Positions 20,100-34,300 of a stretch of 64,000 bases of DNA are shown piece after piece (position 1 is the stretch's first letter; each line of letters starts with the position of its first letter). The notes under the pieces are model-generated. The model worked only from the letters and a program-made list of their open reading frames with translations. It was not told the origin of the DNA and did not search any database. Origin of the DNA: Takakia lepidozioides (taxonomy: Eukaryota; Plantae; Bryophyta); contig CM060732.1 of NCBI GenBank assembly GCA_030704615.1, positions 82,274,001 through 82,338,000 of the forward strand, read 5' to 3'. Both the position numbers and the translations under genes were made by a program.

Positions 20100-20820
20100 C
20101 AAGGCATTGAGAAAGAAAAAAAAAAAGTATTCAATTGCTTATAACTCCCAATATATTATTAAGAATGAGAGGGAGCAGTAGAAGGGTAGGGCTGGGGAGG
20201 ATAGTTAGGGCAGAGCAATCGCGAGATGCGAGATGATTCCACAGCATCTCGGCGGGAACGGCGGTGTAGTAGATGCCGTTCATCCGGCAAACTCACTCAG
20301 ATGAGGGGTTCAGATTCATCACTGCTGTCGAGACTGTTGGGCCTAGCAGCCGTATGAGCTCTCCCTCCTCCTTTGCTTGCAATGCTGATGGCGCAGGAGA
20401 CCAAGGGAGAGCAGCGCGTTGTCTGTTGAATACCTTTTCAGCGAGAGTGCCTCGTGCAGGCAATTGATCTGCGACAACCCTACATGGAAGGTGCTCCTCC
20501 AGCACCATGATGTTCATCTGAACCACCAAGGATTCACATGGTGATTTCAGATGCAGCAGACCTATCTTACAAGATCCTTCGATGGCGCTTCATCGATGCC
20601 GGTGTGTGATTCCACATTGCAAAAGTGGACTGAGCTTCCATGACCATGAAGAAGTCGTCCTGAAGGGTGTTAGTAGCACGTTTCCACTATTTCAATGTGG
20701 AATCATAGACCGCCATCAATGTGACTGCTTCGTGTCTGTGATTGCTCCATCCGTACATGGGATGTGCTCCCTCCAGCACCATGCTGTTCATCTGGACAAC
20801 CAAGGATTCAAATGTTGTTG
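20100..20820 (+). repeat. Right arm of the long inverted repeat
   Basis: Reverse complement of 2237-2788 plus 19392-19440. Confidence 0.9.
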
Positions 20821-22892
20821 ATCTCGGATGCATCAAACCAGCTATCATTTCAAATGCGTTGGATGTCGAGATTGGCTGTATGCTACTGTATCCTAGTGAC
20901 ATAGGACTCTAGCTTTGGACATGGAAGAGTTGGCCTGCGCAGCTGGGCGCCTAGAAGCTCCTTACCAGCAAAGGTAGCTACTATCTCATTCGTGGTGGTA
21001 AGCTACTATCTCATTCGGCAATATAGGTGTACAAGATCTAGTTAATCTAGTTTGCTGCTCGAGATTCTAAACGAGTTGAAAATTGTATATTAATTTAATA
21101 AACAATTGCCGAATGAATGGGACATTGCGTCGCGCTTGGTGCAACCACAACAAGCAGCTGGAGAGAAGCGAACGTGAGGATGCTGCTGAATCACTTCTCC
21201 GTCGCAGGGGTCTAGATTTCTATCTAGACTGCTGAATCCTGCGGAGGATAGAATCACTGCTCCTTCTCAGAATTGTCAACGAGGTGGCCTATATTATATT
21301 GTAGACTGGGCCTGAACCCTGAATCCTGCGCAGGATAGAATCAAGGTGGTCTAGATTTTGTTGTAGACTTTGTGAGAGGCTGTAAACGATCAAGCACTTC
21401 GCCGAAGCTGCATCGAGATTCAACAATTCTAGATTTTTAGATTTTCTAGAAAGCTCTGAAGAGCTAAAACATGGCACGATAGTCCCCTAGGCAGGCGGCC
21501 ACGTAATACTCTTGTTCAAAATAATGCTTGCAGTCGTTTACTGCAGTGAGCTACACATAAATAATTCGTTTGTCTAGACTCTTGTGTCAAAACTGTAATT
21601 TCTGGTCGCACTGTCTTCTACGTAAACTTGCTGTCAATGGGCACGATGCACGATGTGTGGGGCTTGCACCGCGCACCCAGAATCCAATTATCTTTTCTTT
21701 CAACTATTCAACTATATTCCTTTCAACATCTTTTTGACAAGTGAGAGTGCATTCCTCATTTCTCTTCTGCACTTGTAACTTACTCCTTCCTAGAAGCAAA
21801 ATTAGTTTAACAGCTTGGAGGTTGAAATCGTATGCGCGAGACTCAAAAATTACTGGCATGCATTTACTTTCAGGACTTCCGTGGACAGTCACATCTGGAA
21901 AACTGCTTCAGAATTCGTGTTACAAGCTCGGTAATAAAGAATCATGCTCTAGAGAACGGTCGATCTTATTTCATGGGCGTTCATACACTAATCTAACGCT
22001 GATAGTGGTTAGGTACATCGGCACAATTCATTCACGTTGCATGTACATATAGTGATCAATCTTTGGAAGGCCTTAGGAATAGTTGGGCACCATGTTAGCT
22101 TCTGAATGGGGAAGTGTGAACAAGAAGTGCCAGCGCTTTCTACTTCCCGTGTTTCTATTGTTTTGGTTTTCCATCCTTTCTGCAATAAGAAAGAGGCTTG
22201 CATGCTCTCTACCCCAGAATGGCCACCCTACCTGCTTGGGTTCCCGTTGGTTGTGTGAATGAAGTTTTTGCACGTTTGATAGACGCTCACAAACCCTCTC
22301 TATATCATGAATCGGAACTTGCATATGGAGGTGAATACTCCAGTGCTTCTTCTGCCTCTCAAAACTTGACTGCTGTATGTTTTGTGGTTACTGATGACAC
22401 TTTCATAGAGGGCCTCATTACACTCCGTAAAGCTTTATAAAACATGCAAAGGAGGTGACTGCACAAGTTTTAACAAGAACCTCAAAGTGGTGAAATAGAA
22501 ACCCCATAAAGAACGAGAAATGTAAGGACAACAAAGGAAATCAAACAGATGTAGCATCTGCCTCAAGTAGATCAGACAACAAGAAAGAAGGTGGCAAGTG
22601 CCCCCCTGTGGAAGCCAGGTTTTTTCTCATGTTTCAGATGTTTAAGTAGCAATATGGAAACCCTAAAATAGTGCAGCCCTAGTGAATCACAACCGTTCAA
22701 GTGGAAACTCACAGGTCTCAACAGCGTCCGCTGGTCGCTGATGAGAATGCTTACTGACCAACGGTCGTCGTTGAATTGACCGAAGGTGAAGAAGAAGGGA
22801 GGACTGTGGAGTTCCATTGTCCCTGCACGCGGGATTGCGAGAGTTGAGGCGATCTGTTTATTGTTTGGATATTTGGGTTTGGGGGGGACGAG

Positions 22893-25800
22893 ATGGGGAA
22901 GAAGCAGCACAGCAAGGATCGCATGTTCATAACGAGCACAGAGTGGGCAACCGAATGGGGGGGTGCCAAGTCGCGTGACCTTCGCTCTCCCTTCAAGCGC
23001 TTACCGTTCTACTGCTGCGCGTGAGTTTTCTACCCCCTCTCTTTTGGTGTATGGATGGATTTGTAGGGCTTGTGGGTCTGGTTATGGCACGCTCGAGTTC
23101 TGGTTACAGCGTCTGACTCTCTGTACTTTGATCTTGGGTGGTTGTCTGATCACATATCGAAATGAGGGAGATTTGGGAGCCTTCTATAATACATATGCAC
23201 CTATGAGAGGGGGGGAAATAACTGCTCGAGTCATTCCGCGCTCTGATCAGTTTGCAGTAGCTAAGGTCAAGGTCCAATGTTGCTGAGGCTGCCCTAAAAA
23301 TCCATTGGCAAATGATCAATCTTTTGGGCTGCTCAAGGAGAAGATGTGTAGTTAAAGGGTTTACTACTTAAGATGGGTAAGCTAGACACATGGACAAAAA
23401 ATCTTGGTACAATAATTTCAAGAGTTTTGACATGATGGGCTCCTTTTTGGGAAGCAGAGTCTCATTCACACCATTTGAGGATGCAGTGTGCACACCAGAG
23501 GGACATGTTTTTGACATTCTGTAAGTCACCCCCAGTTCACATGTCTATTAAATTGTCTTTATGTACTTGATATAATTGTCATGTGAATTGTGTTGAAACT
23601 TTGTAGTATGTGATTAGGTCAAGGATATGGTTGGTGAAGGGAGGATGGGTGTGTGACAGAGACAGACAGACAGAGGGCCAGACAGATGCTGCTGTATGCA
23701 CACACACAAAGCTTGCAGATAGCGTAAATTATAGTGTTGAGGTTCCCTGTTGTTTGCCTGCTAGCTATAGCAACATTGAGGAGAATCTCTTTGACCCTCT
23801 CTAGTATTTTCCAATGCTACTTTGGTACTTAGTGATGATGGTGGGTGAGGATGGTTGCAGGAACATCATACCATACATTCAAAAGTTCAAAAAGAATCCT
23901 GTGACAGGCTTGCCTTTGGGGGTGAAAGACCTTATCAAGCTCCAATTTCACAAGAATTCTGATGGTATTGGTTATCCATCTTCATTTGCATGTATATCGA
24001 GGCCACCTTCAAAAGCTGAAGAGTAGATGCATTTGGGGCACAGCTTTAGGCAGCTTGTGGTAGCTTTTGGTAGCTTTTGGCAAGTCGATGAAGTCGATGA
24101 AGTAAACTTGTATGTTGTGCAAGCATGCAGGTGAGTATCAATGCCCAGTGCTCCATAAAGTGTTTACAGAATTTACCCACATTGTGGCTGTGAAGAAGAC
24201 AGGGAACGTATTTTGTTATGAGGTAAGGTGAGGTTTAGTTGCACAATCGCCACCAGCATTCAGAATGCAAGTTGCATGGATGGGTATGCAGTCCAACATG
24301 ATATGTTAGTGTGGTGCATGTAGTTTGTAGGCAGGGTAAATGATCTTCCTGGTGCATTCTGTCATCTACTTGCTGTTACGTTGTGTATCTCTACTCGATA
24401 GCCGAATGGGACTTTCTGACCAGTGTAGGGTTCATTGGGGGCCAGGCCATTAAAGAGCTGAATGTGAAGCCCAAGAATTGGAAGGAGCTGTTGACAGATG
24501 AGCCCTTCACCAGGGATGACCTCATCACCATCCAGGTATGGCTTGCTCCTCTTTGAGGAAATGGATTCCTTTCACCTCATAGCCTGCTCCTTGTCATCTA
24601 CAAAGCATGATCTAATTCATTTTTTTACAAACTTGGGCACTAGGGATGCAGCATTGATTGATATTATTTGTGAACATTGTGGCAGGATCCTAATGCATTG
24701 GATGCAAAGGTGCTGTCAGATTTTGACCATGTCAAGCAGGACCTGCAGCTTGATGATGAAGGTACATCCTCTCCTTGTCTTTTCAGAAAGGTCTCGTGGT
24801 GTATTGGTTAGCTCCTCCATTGACACATGTGAGTTAGTGTCAATACCCTCTAGAAGACTGTTGGATATAGGAAATGGAGTCTTTGACTTGGACCAACTTG
24901 CAAATCACTTCATCAGTTGCATTATATTCCATCTCAGGGACTGGCTAGCAGTCCGTAAGCCACCCTTCCTTCATTTTTAAAGGAGATTCACTACAGAAAC
25001 CCTTGTCACTGGCCACTCCACATGAGACAGCAATAAATGAACGGGAAGGAAATATTGAAATGGTAGGATGGCAAGTGGACCTTGCCGTTGTTTAATATTG
25101 GTCAGAGCAGTAAACAAGACTACTTCCTGTATGGGGTGAAGCCCTGAAAGATCTTTTTTCCTTTCAGTGGAGGTGAAGTGTTCATAGTTCATACCTTCAC
25201 AGGCCGCTGGTATGTGTTAGTGAGTTTGGGTATGACCTGACGTGGGCAACAGCTGCTCATCATCCAACCACATTGCTAATGAGCCCCCATTCCTCACAGA
25301 GCAAAAAAAGCTGAGAGAAGATCCTGCCTACAACATCAACATGTCGGAAGACACAAAACGCATGCTGCAGGAGTTGGGCACTGAAAAGGGGAAGGCAGCT
25401 GCAATGGTGGGTGGGGGTGGTGGAAAGGCTCAGCGTGAGCATGCTGCTGCCCTTGCAGCAGTCCAGGCAGCAAAGGACCACCCCACACAGGACAAGGACT
25501 CGAAGGAAGGGAAACAGGTCCCCCCTGCCTTGAGTATTGTGGATGCAGCGTCAGCTGCAGTGCATGGGCGCAGTGCAGCGGCTGCAAAGGCAGGGTCAGC
25601 AGAGAAGACAGCTGCACGGGTAGCAGCCCATGCTGCAGGCGAGTGTGTTCCTGTGAACACCAAGCTGGTCAGTTCATTCTTTCTGTTGATCTACCTGTGT
25701 GTCGTGATCTGTCCGTTGGATCGAGAGGTTTGTACAGCAGACTAGAGTTTATTGCATCGAATGCATACATATGATGAGAGGGAGTGGCTTTATAGGGCGA

Positions 25801-28355
25801 GAGAGAGATAGTGCCTGTCTTATCTTGACAAGAAAAGATCTGTCTATTCCAGACTAGATCAAAAATTTGTAGACAACAACAGCCTTCAAGGAAGGCACCA
25901 TCACATTTCTCTTGATCCAGACTCAGCATTGATTCCATATTTATAGAGGTGATCGGGGTGGGTGGTGGTGTATCTGTATATGATCAAGTACAGATTTCCC
26001 TCCCACCTTAGATTTGCCAGAGGTAGACAGAATTCTTCATGGTTTTTCATTACCTGTCATACTGCTCTATTGTAGAGAGTACGAGATAGCTCTGTCTTAT
26101 GCAGATTACTGCTATGTCAACCAGCATTGTATTGTAACTTGTTTTCAAACAACGCCTCTATCAAGTCACTGCATTTCCACCCATATGGCTTGGAGGAAAC
26201 TTGAGCATAGAGCTCAGAGCTTGGACAGCTTAGGTTCTGGAAATGAGCTCATGATAAACTAATGTGCCTCGTAGTGATATATTGTGCCTATTCACTACAT
26301 CACTAACCTAGCAGATTGGAAAAATCTCGAAGTATAGGTTAGATCCCTGGAGGGGGTCAACCCGCTGCTGCGGTTATTCTTGCCTGAAGTCCTCTCATAG
26401 GTAGTGGCACTATAACACTGGTTGCTCACTGCAAATAAGCCTTCTCATGTCTGCAAAACGACTCCATATCCAGCTCTGTGATTCCAGACAACTCAAAATT
26501 TCATTGAAGAAGAGTTGCCCTCACCTGCACCCGTCCCAAAAAACACCACAAGTCAGTGGCTCCACTACTTGTTGTTTCCTTAATACTGTAAAGACTACGG
26601 GGTGGAAGACTTAAAAGGATTCTATATGCAATGTCCCAGGTTAAGAGCAGGTACACCTCAGGGGCGGCATCGCGCTCATTCACATCAACATCCTATGACC
26701 CGGTTACGAAGAATGAGTTTGAGTATGTAAAGGAAGAGAAGAATCCCAAAAAGAAGGGCTATGTGCGCTTGCATACGACACACGGCGATCTCAACCTGGA
26801 GTTACATTGTGACATCACACCACGCACATGTGAAAACTTCATCACCCTTTGCGAGCGAGGTTACTACGATAATGTTGTCTTTCACCGGAGTATCAGGTGT
26901 ACATTCTGTCAATTTTGGTGTTTACAAGTCTTAGTTGTTCCTTTGCAAAATATCAATTGAAATTTATGCCACCCTAGACCTCTGCTCCCGGCACTCTTTC
27001 CTTTGGGGCTGTAATATATTTTCTTCTCATGTTGTTTTACTGTGTCCCATGGGCCCTCAGGACGTTATAAGGTTCCTTTCTTTCTTTCTTCTCTCCTGCA
27101 GATGTCAGGGACTTGTTCCTCTCTTCCCTGGATGGCCTTGTGGATGCCTAATGGGAACCATTGGAGCATAATATGGATGCAATTTTAGGGAATGTCAAAA
27201 TCACATTAGGTCTCTGACAAGTGTCTGCCTGTCTGGTCTTTGTGTCTATGAAATTACAGGAACTTTATGATTCAAGGGGGTGACCCAACAGGCACTGGAC
27301 GAGGGGGAGAGTCAATATGGGGAAAGGCTTTTAAGGATGAGCTGAATTCCAAGCTCTTGCATACCCAGAGGGGTATTTTGAGCATGGCCAACAGCGGCCC
27401 TCACAGCAATAGCTCTCAGTTTTTCATACTCTATAAGTCAGCACCACACCTCAACTACAAGCACACCGTGTTTGGTTCTGTAGTGGGGGGTTTGGAGACT
27501 CTGTCGGCACTGGAGAAGGTCCCTGTGGATGATGATGACCGACCCCTGGTAGGTCCATGTTTTTTCCTAGTGCAAATTCCTGATGTACCAGCTCATTGAG
27601 TTTTCCGTAAACTAGGGTATATTAGAAACCGAAGAGTAGTCATGATTATTCAGGTATCTTGGGACGAGAAGCTCAAATTCAAACCATTCTTTTATGCAGG
27701 GGCTCTTTTTAGGCTTACTGTTGCTTTTTCATGCCTTATCCTATCTCCCTGTTTGAGATTTTGTACTTATTCCAGGGTTATCAAATTTTTCCTGCTTTGA
27801 TGGACTGAAAGAGCCCCATGGTTTAGATGGTGATATGGAAGTGGGAATTGGTCCATCATGTGGATGCAGGAGGATCTGAAGATTTTGCGAGTATCTGTGT
27901 TTGTTAACCCTTACACTGAACCTGATGAAGAGGAAGAAAAAGCAAAAGCAGCGGAAGCGAAAAGGGCAGCCGAAGCTGATGGCGAAAATGTAAGGCATAA
28001 TTTGAACTGCTCTTTTATGATGGGCAAAGTAAATGGTGCATTTCACTATTCTCTTAGAGATCTTTTTGTGTCAGGATTGATTTTTCCTTTGCAACAGACT
28101 GTCCCTCCCAGTTCTCAGAAAGTTGTTAAAAAATCTGTTTTGCAGGAGAAGATGGGAAATTGGTACAGTAATCCAAGCTTGTTCACAGCACCTGTCGCAC
28201 ATGGGACTGGCGTGGGCAAGTATCTCAGAAGTTCAGAGCCTGAGAAAGGAGGGGTTGTGGCCAATGGTAAGGCAAATTTGGAAGGTTCTTTGAGCAAGCG
28301 AAGGAAAGTAGGGGGAGGGACGGGGGTCCAGTTCAATGATTTCTCTGGCTGGTAG
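22893..28355 (+). CDS. CYP65: U-box cyclophilin (peptidyl-prolyl isomerase CYP65/PUB49, PPIL2 orthologue), 11 exons
   Basis: Start [38 protein letters not shown]-box exons ([32 protein letters not shown]). Cyclophilin domain [48 protein letters not shown]. Ends FNDFSGW*. GT-AG junctions keep frame. Confidence 0.95.
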
Positions 28356-31300
28356 GCCAGCCTCTTTATTACCTGAAGTCTTAGCTGCATGTTTAGCCTC
28401 GCACGTCTGATTTGTACAAAATTTGTAATTGAGCCCCAGAGTGTACTATAGCAAAGAGCTCATGAAAGCTTGTATTGTTTGATGTTGGAACTGTGATTTA
28501 GACCAAATGTATAGCAACTCATATGAAATGGTTTTAGAGCACTTGAAAAAGCAAGCTTGAGAAACGTGGTGCATGGAATGGCTTGCAGAGCCTCGACAAC
28601 CTTTCATGTACCTTGGGATTGTCATGTTCGGGGACAGAATTGGATTGCTTTTATGTAGAGGTGAAGTTCTGACCCGAGGACCTCTCCTGGATTTGAGAGT
28701 CTCGCACATAGGGCAGACTCAAAAATCCCGAAGGTAAGAACCTCACCTGTTGTAAAGCCAAACTCGAAAATTCCCCCCTGCCCCTTTCCGTGCTCACCTT
28801 ATGAGAATGCCCCAGGATCGCACGGGGCAGAACTATGGAATCCAGCCCAAAGCAAAATAGAGGGCTCAGTCCAAAAGTCCTTTACCTGTGGTTTCTCAGC
28901 ACCCAGTGTGTGTGATGTACCTTGATTCATAAATCAAGTTCAGTTGACAATTGTTTGATGCAAGAGAATGCTGGAGTGGACTGTAAACTTGGTTGTGACT
29001 TGTTTCCTATGCAATGGATTATGGACACCAATTCACCAGTGCTGGTGGCTTGGCTGGAGATTTCCTACAAGTTCAGGCTAGGAAATGTAATGTCCATTAT
29101 TACCATCATAGGGCCCTTTACATATGTGGGTTGATACATTCAGCCAGCCATGATTAACGAATGTGCTGGTTGAGAAGTTGTCTCATGTCAGCTGTTAAGT
29201 TAACCTTCTTGACATGAGCCACTTGTGGTATTTAGCGGAGCATAATGGGAGGCGGGCTGCTTCCTCCAGAGTCGCTGGTTTGGCAGGGGTGGAGGATCTG
29301 TTCAGAAGTTTCTCTAATCATCACCATCATCATCACCACCACCACCGATCATGATTTCAGGTGAATTTGCCTGGCTCTACCTGCAAACACTTAGGAACTA
29401 TGGTGCATGTCCGGGACTGCCATCAGTGATTCATTATTCTGGCACGCCTCTAGAATTGGGTAGGAATGACCAACGAAGTGATTGTACCACAGCGGGACTG
29501 TCCGGGTGATCTGCACACACACACATTATCTCCACACCTCCGCCCCAATCTCTTGTAAAAGGAATACCTGCAACCCAACCCATTGTTTCCATATCCGACC
29601 TAAGTTAATCTCTCATGCATCCAGACGTCCCGATAATGCCCCAAGGAAAGCGGCTTGACAATGAAACGCTATGGTGGAACTCTGCTTTCGCTCACAAATG
29701 CAGGGCCCACCCAAGAACAGCAGAGGTCGCCCTTGCAATCAAGCACCGCCCTCAAACGGCGCGCTGCACGGTGCCGCATTCATCATACGCTGCGTATTAA
29801 TACATCATACCCAGACGGATACTGGTTGGGTGCCTAACAAGTAGGTAGCTCTACCCCGAGTATTCATAGAAATGATGATTTTTTGTGCAGGCCAGGACCA
29901 CACATCCACCCCCCCCCCCGGATCCATACAAAGCAGCCACCAGGAAACAAAATCTTGCGAAGTTGAAATTTGGTATGCAGCGGGTGGTAGGGAGGTGCGC
30001 CCAAAATTTGGGGAAGAGGAGATTCTTCCGGCACTATTATTATGGACATGCTTTCCTTGTTGGACTCATTTGTAGGTGGTCGAAGTTGACGAGGTAGCTG
30101 AAAGTAGTTGCTGAAGTTAGCCTGTGATGGCTGCAAGTCTTGAGATTCAATGTGGGCTGGGAATGCACAGTCAATGGAACCATTCCATTCTGGGCCTTCA
30201 TTTCTAACTTGGAAGAATGAAGTTGTGGGGATAAGAAACAAGAGAACCCCACAACTTCTAGGAACTGGACATAAATGGGTACTGAGGGTGAAGAAGAAGA
30301 GAGTGAGAGAAAGTGATAGCGGCTTGCAACAGTAGGTTTCTCGTTGGTAATAAGTATAGATGGATATGGAGGAGCATTAACTATTGGCCTCTCCACATTT
30401 ACTGAGCATGCATTTCACTGCTTTTCTTCAGTCTTGATTTCTAAGTTCTTTCTCAGTGGATTGGACACACACGAAATAACTTTTTCGCTTTTGTATTTCG
30501 TATTTTGTTTTCTTGCCAGTTCTTTGAATACAGGATGGCTATGGCGACTCTCGTTCTGCCCAATGGAATGTGGCCCTCTTCCCGAGCTGTTTGAGTTGCA
30601 GCTGGATCCTGACACAATTCTGAGAAGAAAAAGCGCGGGGGGCATTATTATGTCTTGTGTGGGGCTGGAGGCATAGCTGCGGAAAGATGAACAGAAAGTG
30701 ATTGCTCGTCAGTCGTGCTCTCTTTGCAGAGCATTGCAAAGAGTTGGCATTGGAGGGGCTTCTGAGCATGAACGTCTGCAATGCAATTGATGGGTTGACA
30801 TAGCGGATGGGATTGGATCAGAGCTGGGGAATGATCTGTGTTGTCGAGCAATGGGGTGTGTCCTGCTCCCCGTTTGGCTGCTTGCGGATTAGCACCTTGG
30901 TGAAGATAAAAGTAAAGCAATCCCGGGAATGTCCACGAATCGCACAGCACGTTTGAAAGAAGGGGCAGACAAACTGGAGGGTTTGGTCATCTCAAATGGG
31001 TTCGACTGGAAAGAGAAAATGGCCTCGATTTTGGTGGGAAGCCTAGCTACGAGCAATGCCGTCAGTCACGAGTCTATAATCTGCTACTGAGCGAAGTGGG
31101 TAGATATGGAGCCACAAAGAAATGGGAGGTTACTGTTGGAACGACACAATGCAATTGCTTTGAGAATCTGCAACCAATCAAGATGCAGACAACGATTGTT
31201 GGATAGAGGGACCCTGGTTTCCAGGTGCTTTAATGTAGCCACATGCAAGCCTGAAAATTTAGGATTAAGGTTCTAAAGGAGATTAGAGTTTTTGTGATCA

Positions 31301-31397
31301 AGGAGATCTAGGTGAAAACTGCGCGCGGTTTGAAAGTGTAGAGACACAAACCCGGTCCTTCGGCAGGTAATTGATCAGATAAATCGGAGTATTGACA

Positions 31398-34300
31398 ATG
31401 AAGAAGGCACCTGGAAGGGTTGAATTTTGCTCCATGGGACGCCTGCGGTATACAGTACTTGCGGTGGGCCTCCTGTGTATAGCGTTTATGAGCATTCGGG
31501 TTCCACAACTGTTTGAGCCGAAAATAGTTTCCCGCATTAATGCCCCGTTGGATGTGGTAGGAAATGACATTGAGGGCGCGGGTGCTGGCAATTCAGCATT
31601 AGGTGTAAACTACGATCACAGGAAGCTCACTGGTGATGAGTGGGATCCAAGAGTGATTCTCCAGCCCAAAAGGCCATTGCCCTTGGATGACGACGAAACG
31701 CTCGCAGCAGTAGAGCACGGTATGCAGGTCAGCATATTTGGCCTTTCTCTGGCTCATACTTTTGTGCTGGCAACAGTAATTTTCTCGGGAAGGTTCTTGC
31801 TAGATACCTCGTTTTGGAGGGGCTCGGCCTCCTTTGAATACATAATGGTTCTGCGTTAGCTAGCTGGCTGGTCACAATAACGTTTGAATTGGGGAATGCA
31901 GTGTCTTGAGTCTTGGTGTAATGGGCGGTTTCCATGTGGTTAGGCATTGGCGAGGGCTTGTGGATGCCACTCATTGCTGAGTGCTTCACATAGCACAGTT
32001 CAGGAGTTTACATTCATGGCTGTAGTCTGGTGGATACACACTGAATATATGATACTGCTTCTTATGGGTGGACAATTTTGTTGCAGGTTGACTTGGAATC
32101 TTTAAAAACACGCAGAAAACACCGTCGTGCTTACACAAGCAGATGGAACAGGGAATCTGGAAAAAATCAGGAATGGAGTCAGCACAAATATACCAAAGGC
32201 TCCCTGCAAAGTTCTGGCGTGATTCATTTACGCAGTGATGGGGAGCAGCATGAGAGCCCACAAAACAGCTCAAAGTTAGAGAGGCATGCGGACACATCCC
32301 TCCAGCATGCCGTTGAACAGGCATGGCTCGCAGGTGCCAATGCTTGGAGGGAAGTTGCAGAAGATATTTATCTGAGAAATGAGACTGTCGGCAGAGGGAG
32401 TAACAGTGGTCAGCCACCCACTGTTGTGAGGGCAAAGGCATGTCCTCCCTCCTTGTCGATGACTGGGGACGCATTGGAAAATGCAGGGCGAGTCATGTCT
32501 CTGCCATGTGGGCTCATGTTTGGGTCAGCCATTACTTTGGTTGGGAAGCCTCGTGAGGCTCACATGGAGCATAAACCCCCTATTGCACGGGTAGGGGAGG
32601 GTGTCTCCCCATATGTTATGGTCTCGCAATTTGTGATGGAATTGCAGGGACTGAATTTGGTGGACGGTGAGGAACCACCCCGCATTCTTCACGTAAATCC
32701 ACGACTACGGGGTGACTGGAGCTGGAAACCTGTGATTGAGCAAAATACATGCTATCGTGGCCAGTGGGGTGCAGGCCAGCGGTGTGAAGGATGGCAGTCT
32801 CCAGAAGATGAGGAAACTGGTACACATAGAGAGTGTTTATTGTCGCAGTTGTTGGAAAGAGTTCAAACAACATCTGGAGCTGCTGTATTTCGAGAATAGA
32901 GTTATTTAAACCATAATGCTCAGTTGCATTGCTGTTCTCTAGAGTAAATGGCGTGGGCTGCTGCACTACCAAGTGTGGAATCTGAACATATAGAATCCCT
33001 GAGCAGTGCTATGAAAGCTCCCAAGAGCCAACATTGGGTACTCACATCAAATTCTGCAAACAAAAATCCTGGCCTGCTTTATACCTACATAAGAACTGCT
33101 TCCAATCACCTGACAGTAGAATGTCTCCGTGTTTTGTTGGCAGTTGATGGGCAACCGAAATGTGAGAAATGGCTACGAGAGGCTGATGACAAACCACTGC
33201 ACTCTAAGAAGTCCTGGTGGCTGGACAGATTAGTTGGCCATTCTGACAATGATGCGGTGGAATGGGAGTACCCGTTGGTCGAAGGAAGACTGTTTGTCCT
33301 CACCATCCGAGCAGGTGTAGAGGGGTTTCATTTGACAATTGATGGCCGTCACATCAGCTCTTTCCCATATCGCAGTGTGAGTTCAGTACTGCTTTGCAAA
33401 GATACTCTCGAGTATTCTAAGCTTCCCAGGAATTCCAGTATTCCTTTTCTTTGATTGTGAGTGTGGCTGCTAAGGCTGGTTGTCATTGGTAGTCTGTTAC
33501 TGGTTGTTGCAGTTGCCCAGAGCTCCACTGCATACCAACACTTGCTCACTTGATAATAAGTTTTTGACTAGAATGCGCATTGAAGTCTTTATTGGCCTTA
33601 CCCTGTGCAACTAACAACACAAAGCTTCCGGCAGGTGGACAGTTCATTTTCGCAGCCACCCGTATTTACTTTCAGAGCTGCTTATGTAGCCAGACATGAC
33701 TTGGCTCGAGTTCCATATTCTAGTTACATTTTAAGCTCACTGTGTAAGGGATGGACTGGAGAACAGGGTTGGTTTGCAAGGGTTAAGGTGTGGTAACGGC
33801 ATGGAAAATGATGACCATCTTCATTCAGCCACTTTTCTGTCTTATCCTCTAAGGCCTTTACTCTCAACACGGAGACTAAAGGGTGTGCAGGAGCATATGC
33901 TAATGTAAAGAGGACATGTGCATTCCTTGCGGTAATTTGTAGTTTGCAGCAAACTAATCCATTTTGCTTCCATGTAACCTAACAGGGCTATGTCGTTGAA
34001 GAAGCAACTGGGGTATTAGTAGCAGGAAACGTCGATTGGCATTCAGTCATGGCCACATCACTGCCAGTGATGCACCCCAGCTTTTATCCTGAGCTGGTCC
34101 TTGAGACTTCTGATAATTGGAAGGCACCTCCATTTCCTACAGGCCCAATTGATCTGTTTGTTGGAATCCTGTCGAATCCATTTTTGCCGAGCGCATGGCA
34201 ACCAGGAAGACCTGGTTGCAGTCTGAGTCTATTCGGTCATCCAAGGTGGTGGTGGCTCGCTTCTTTGTTGCCCTGGTACTTCTCTGATTGCCATTTTCAT

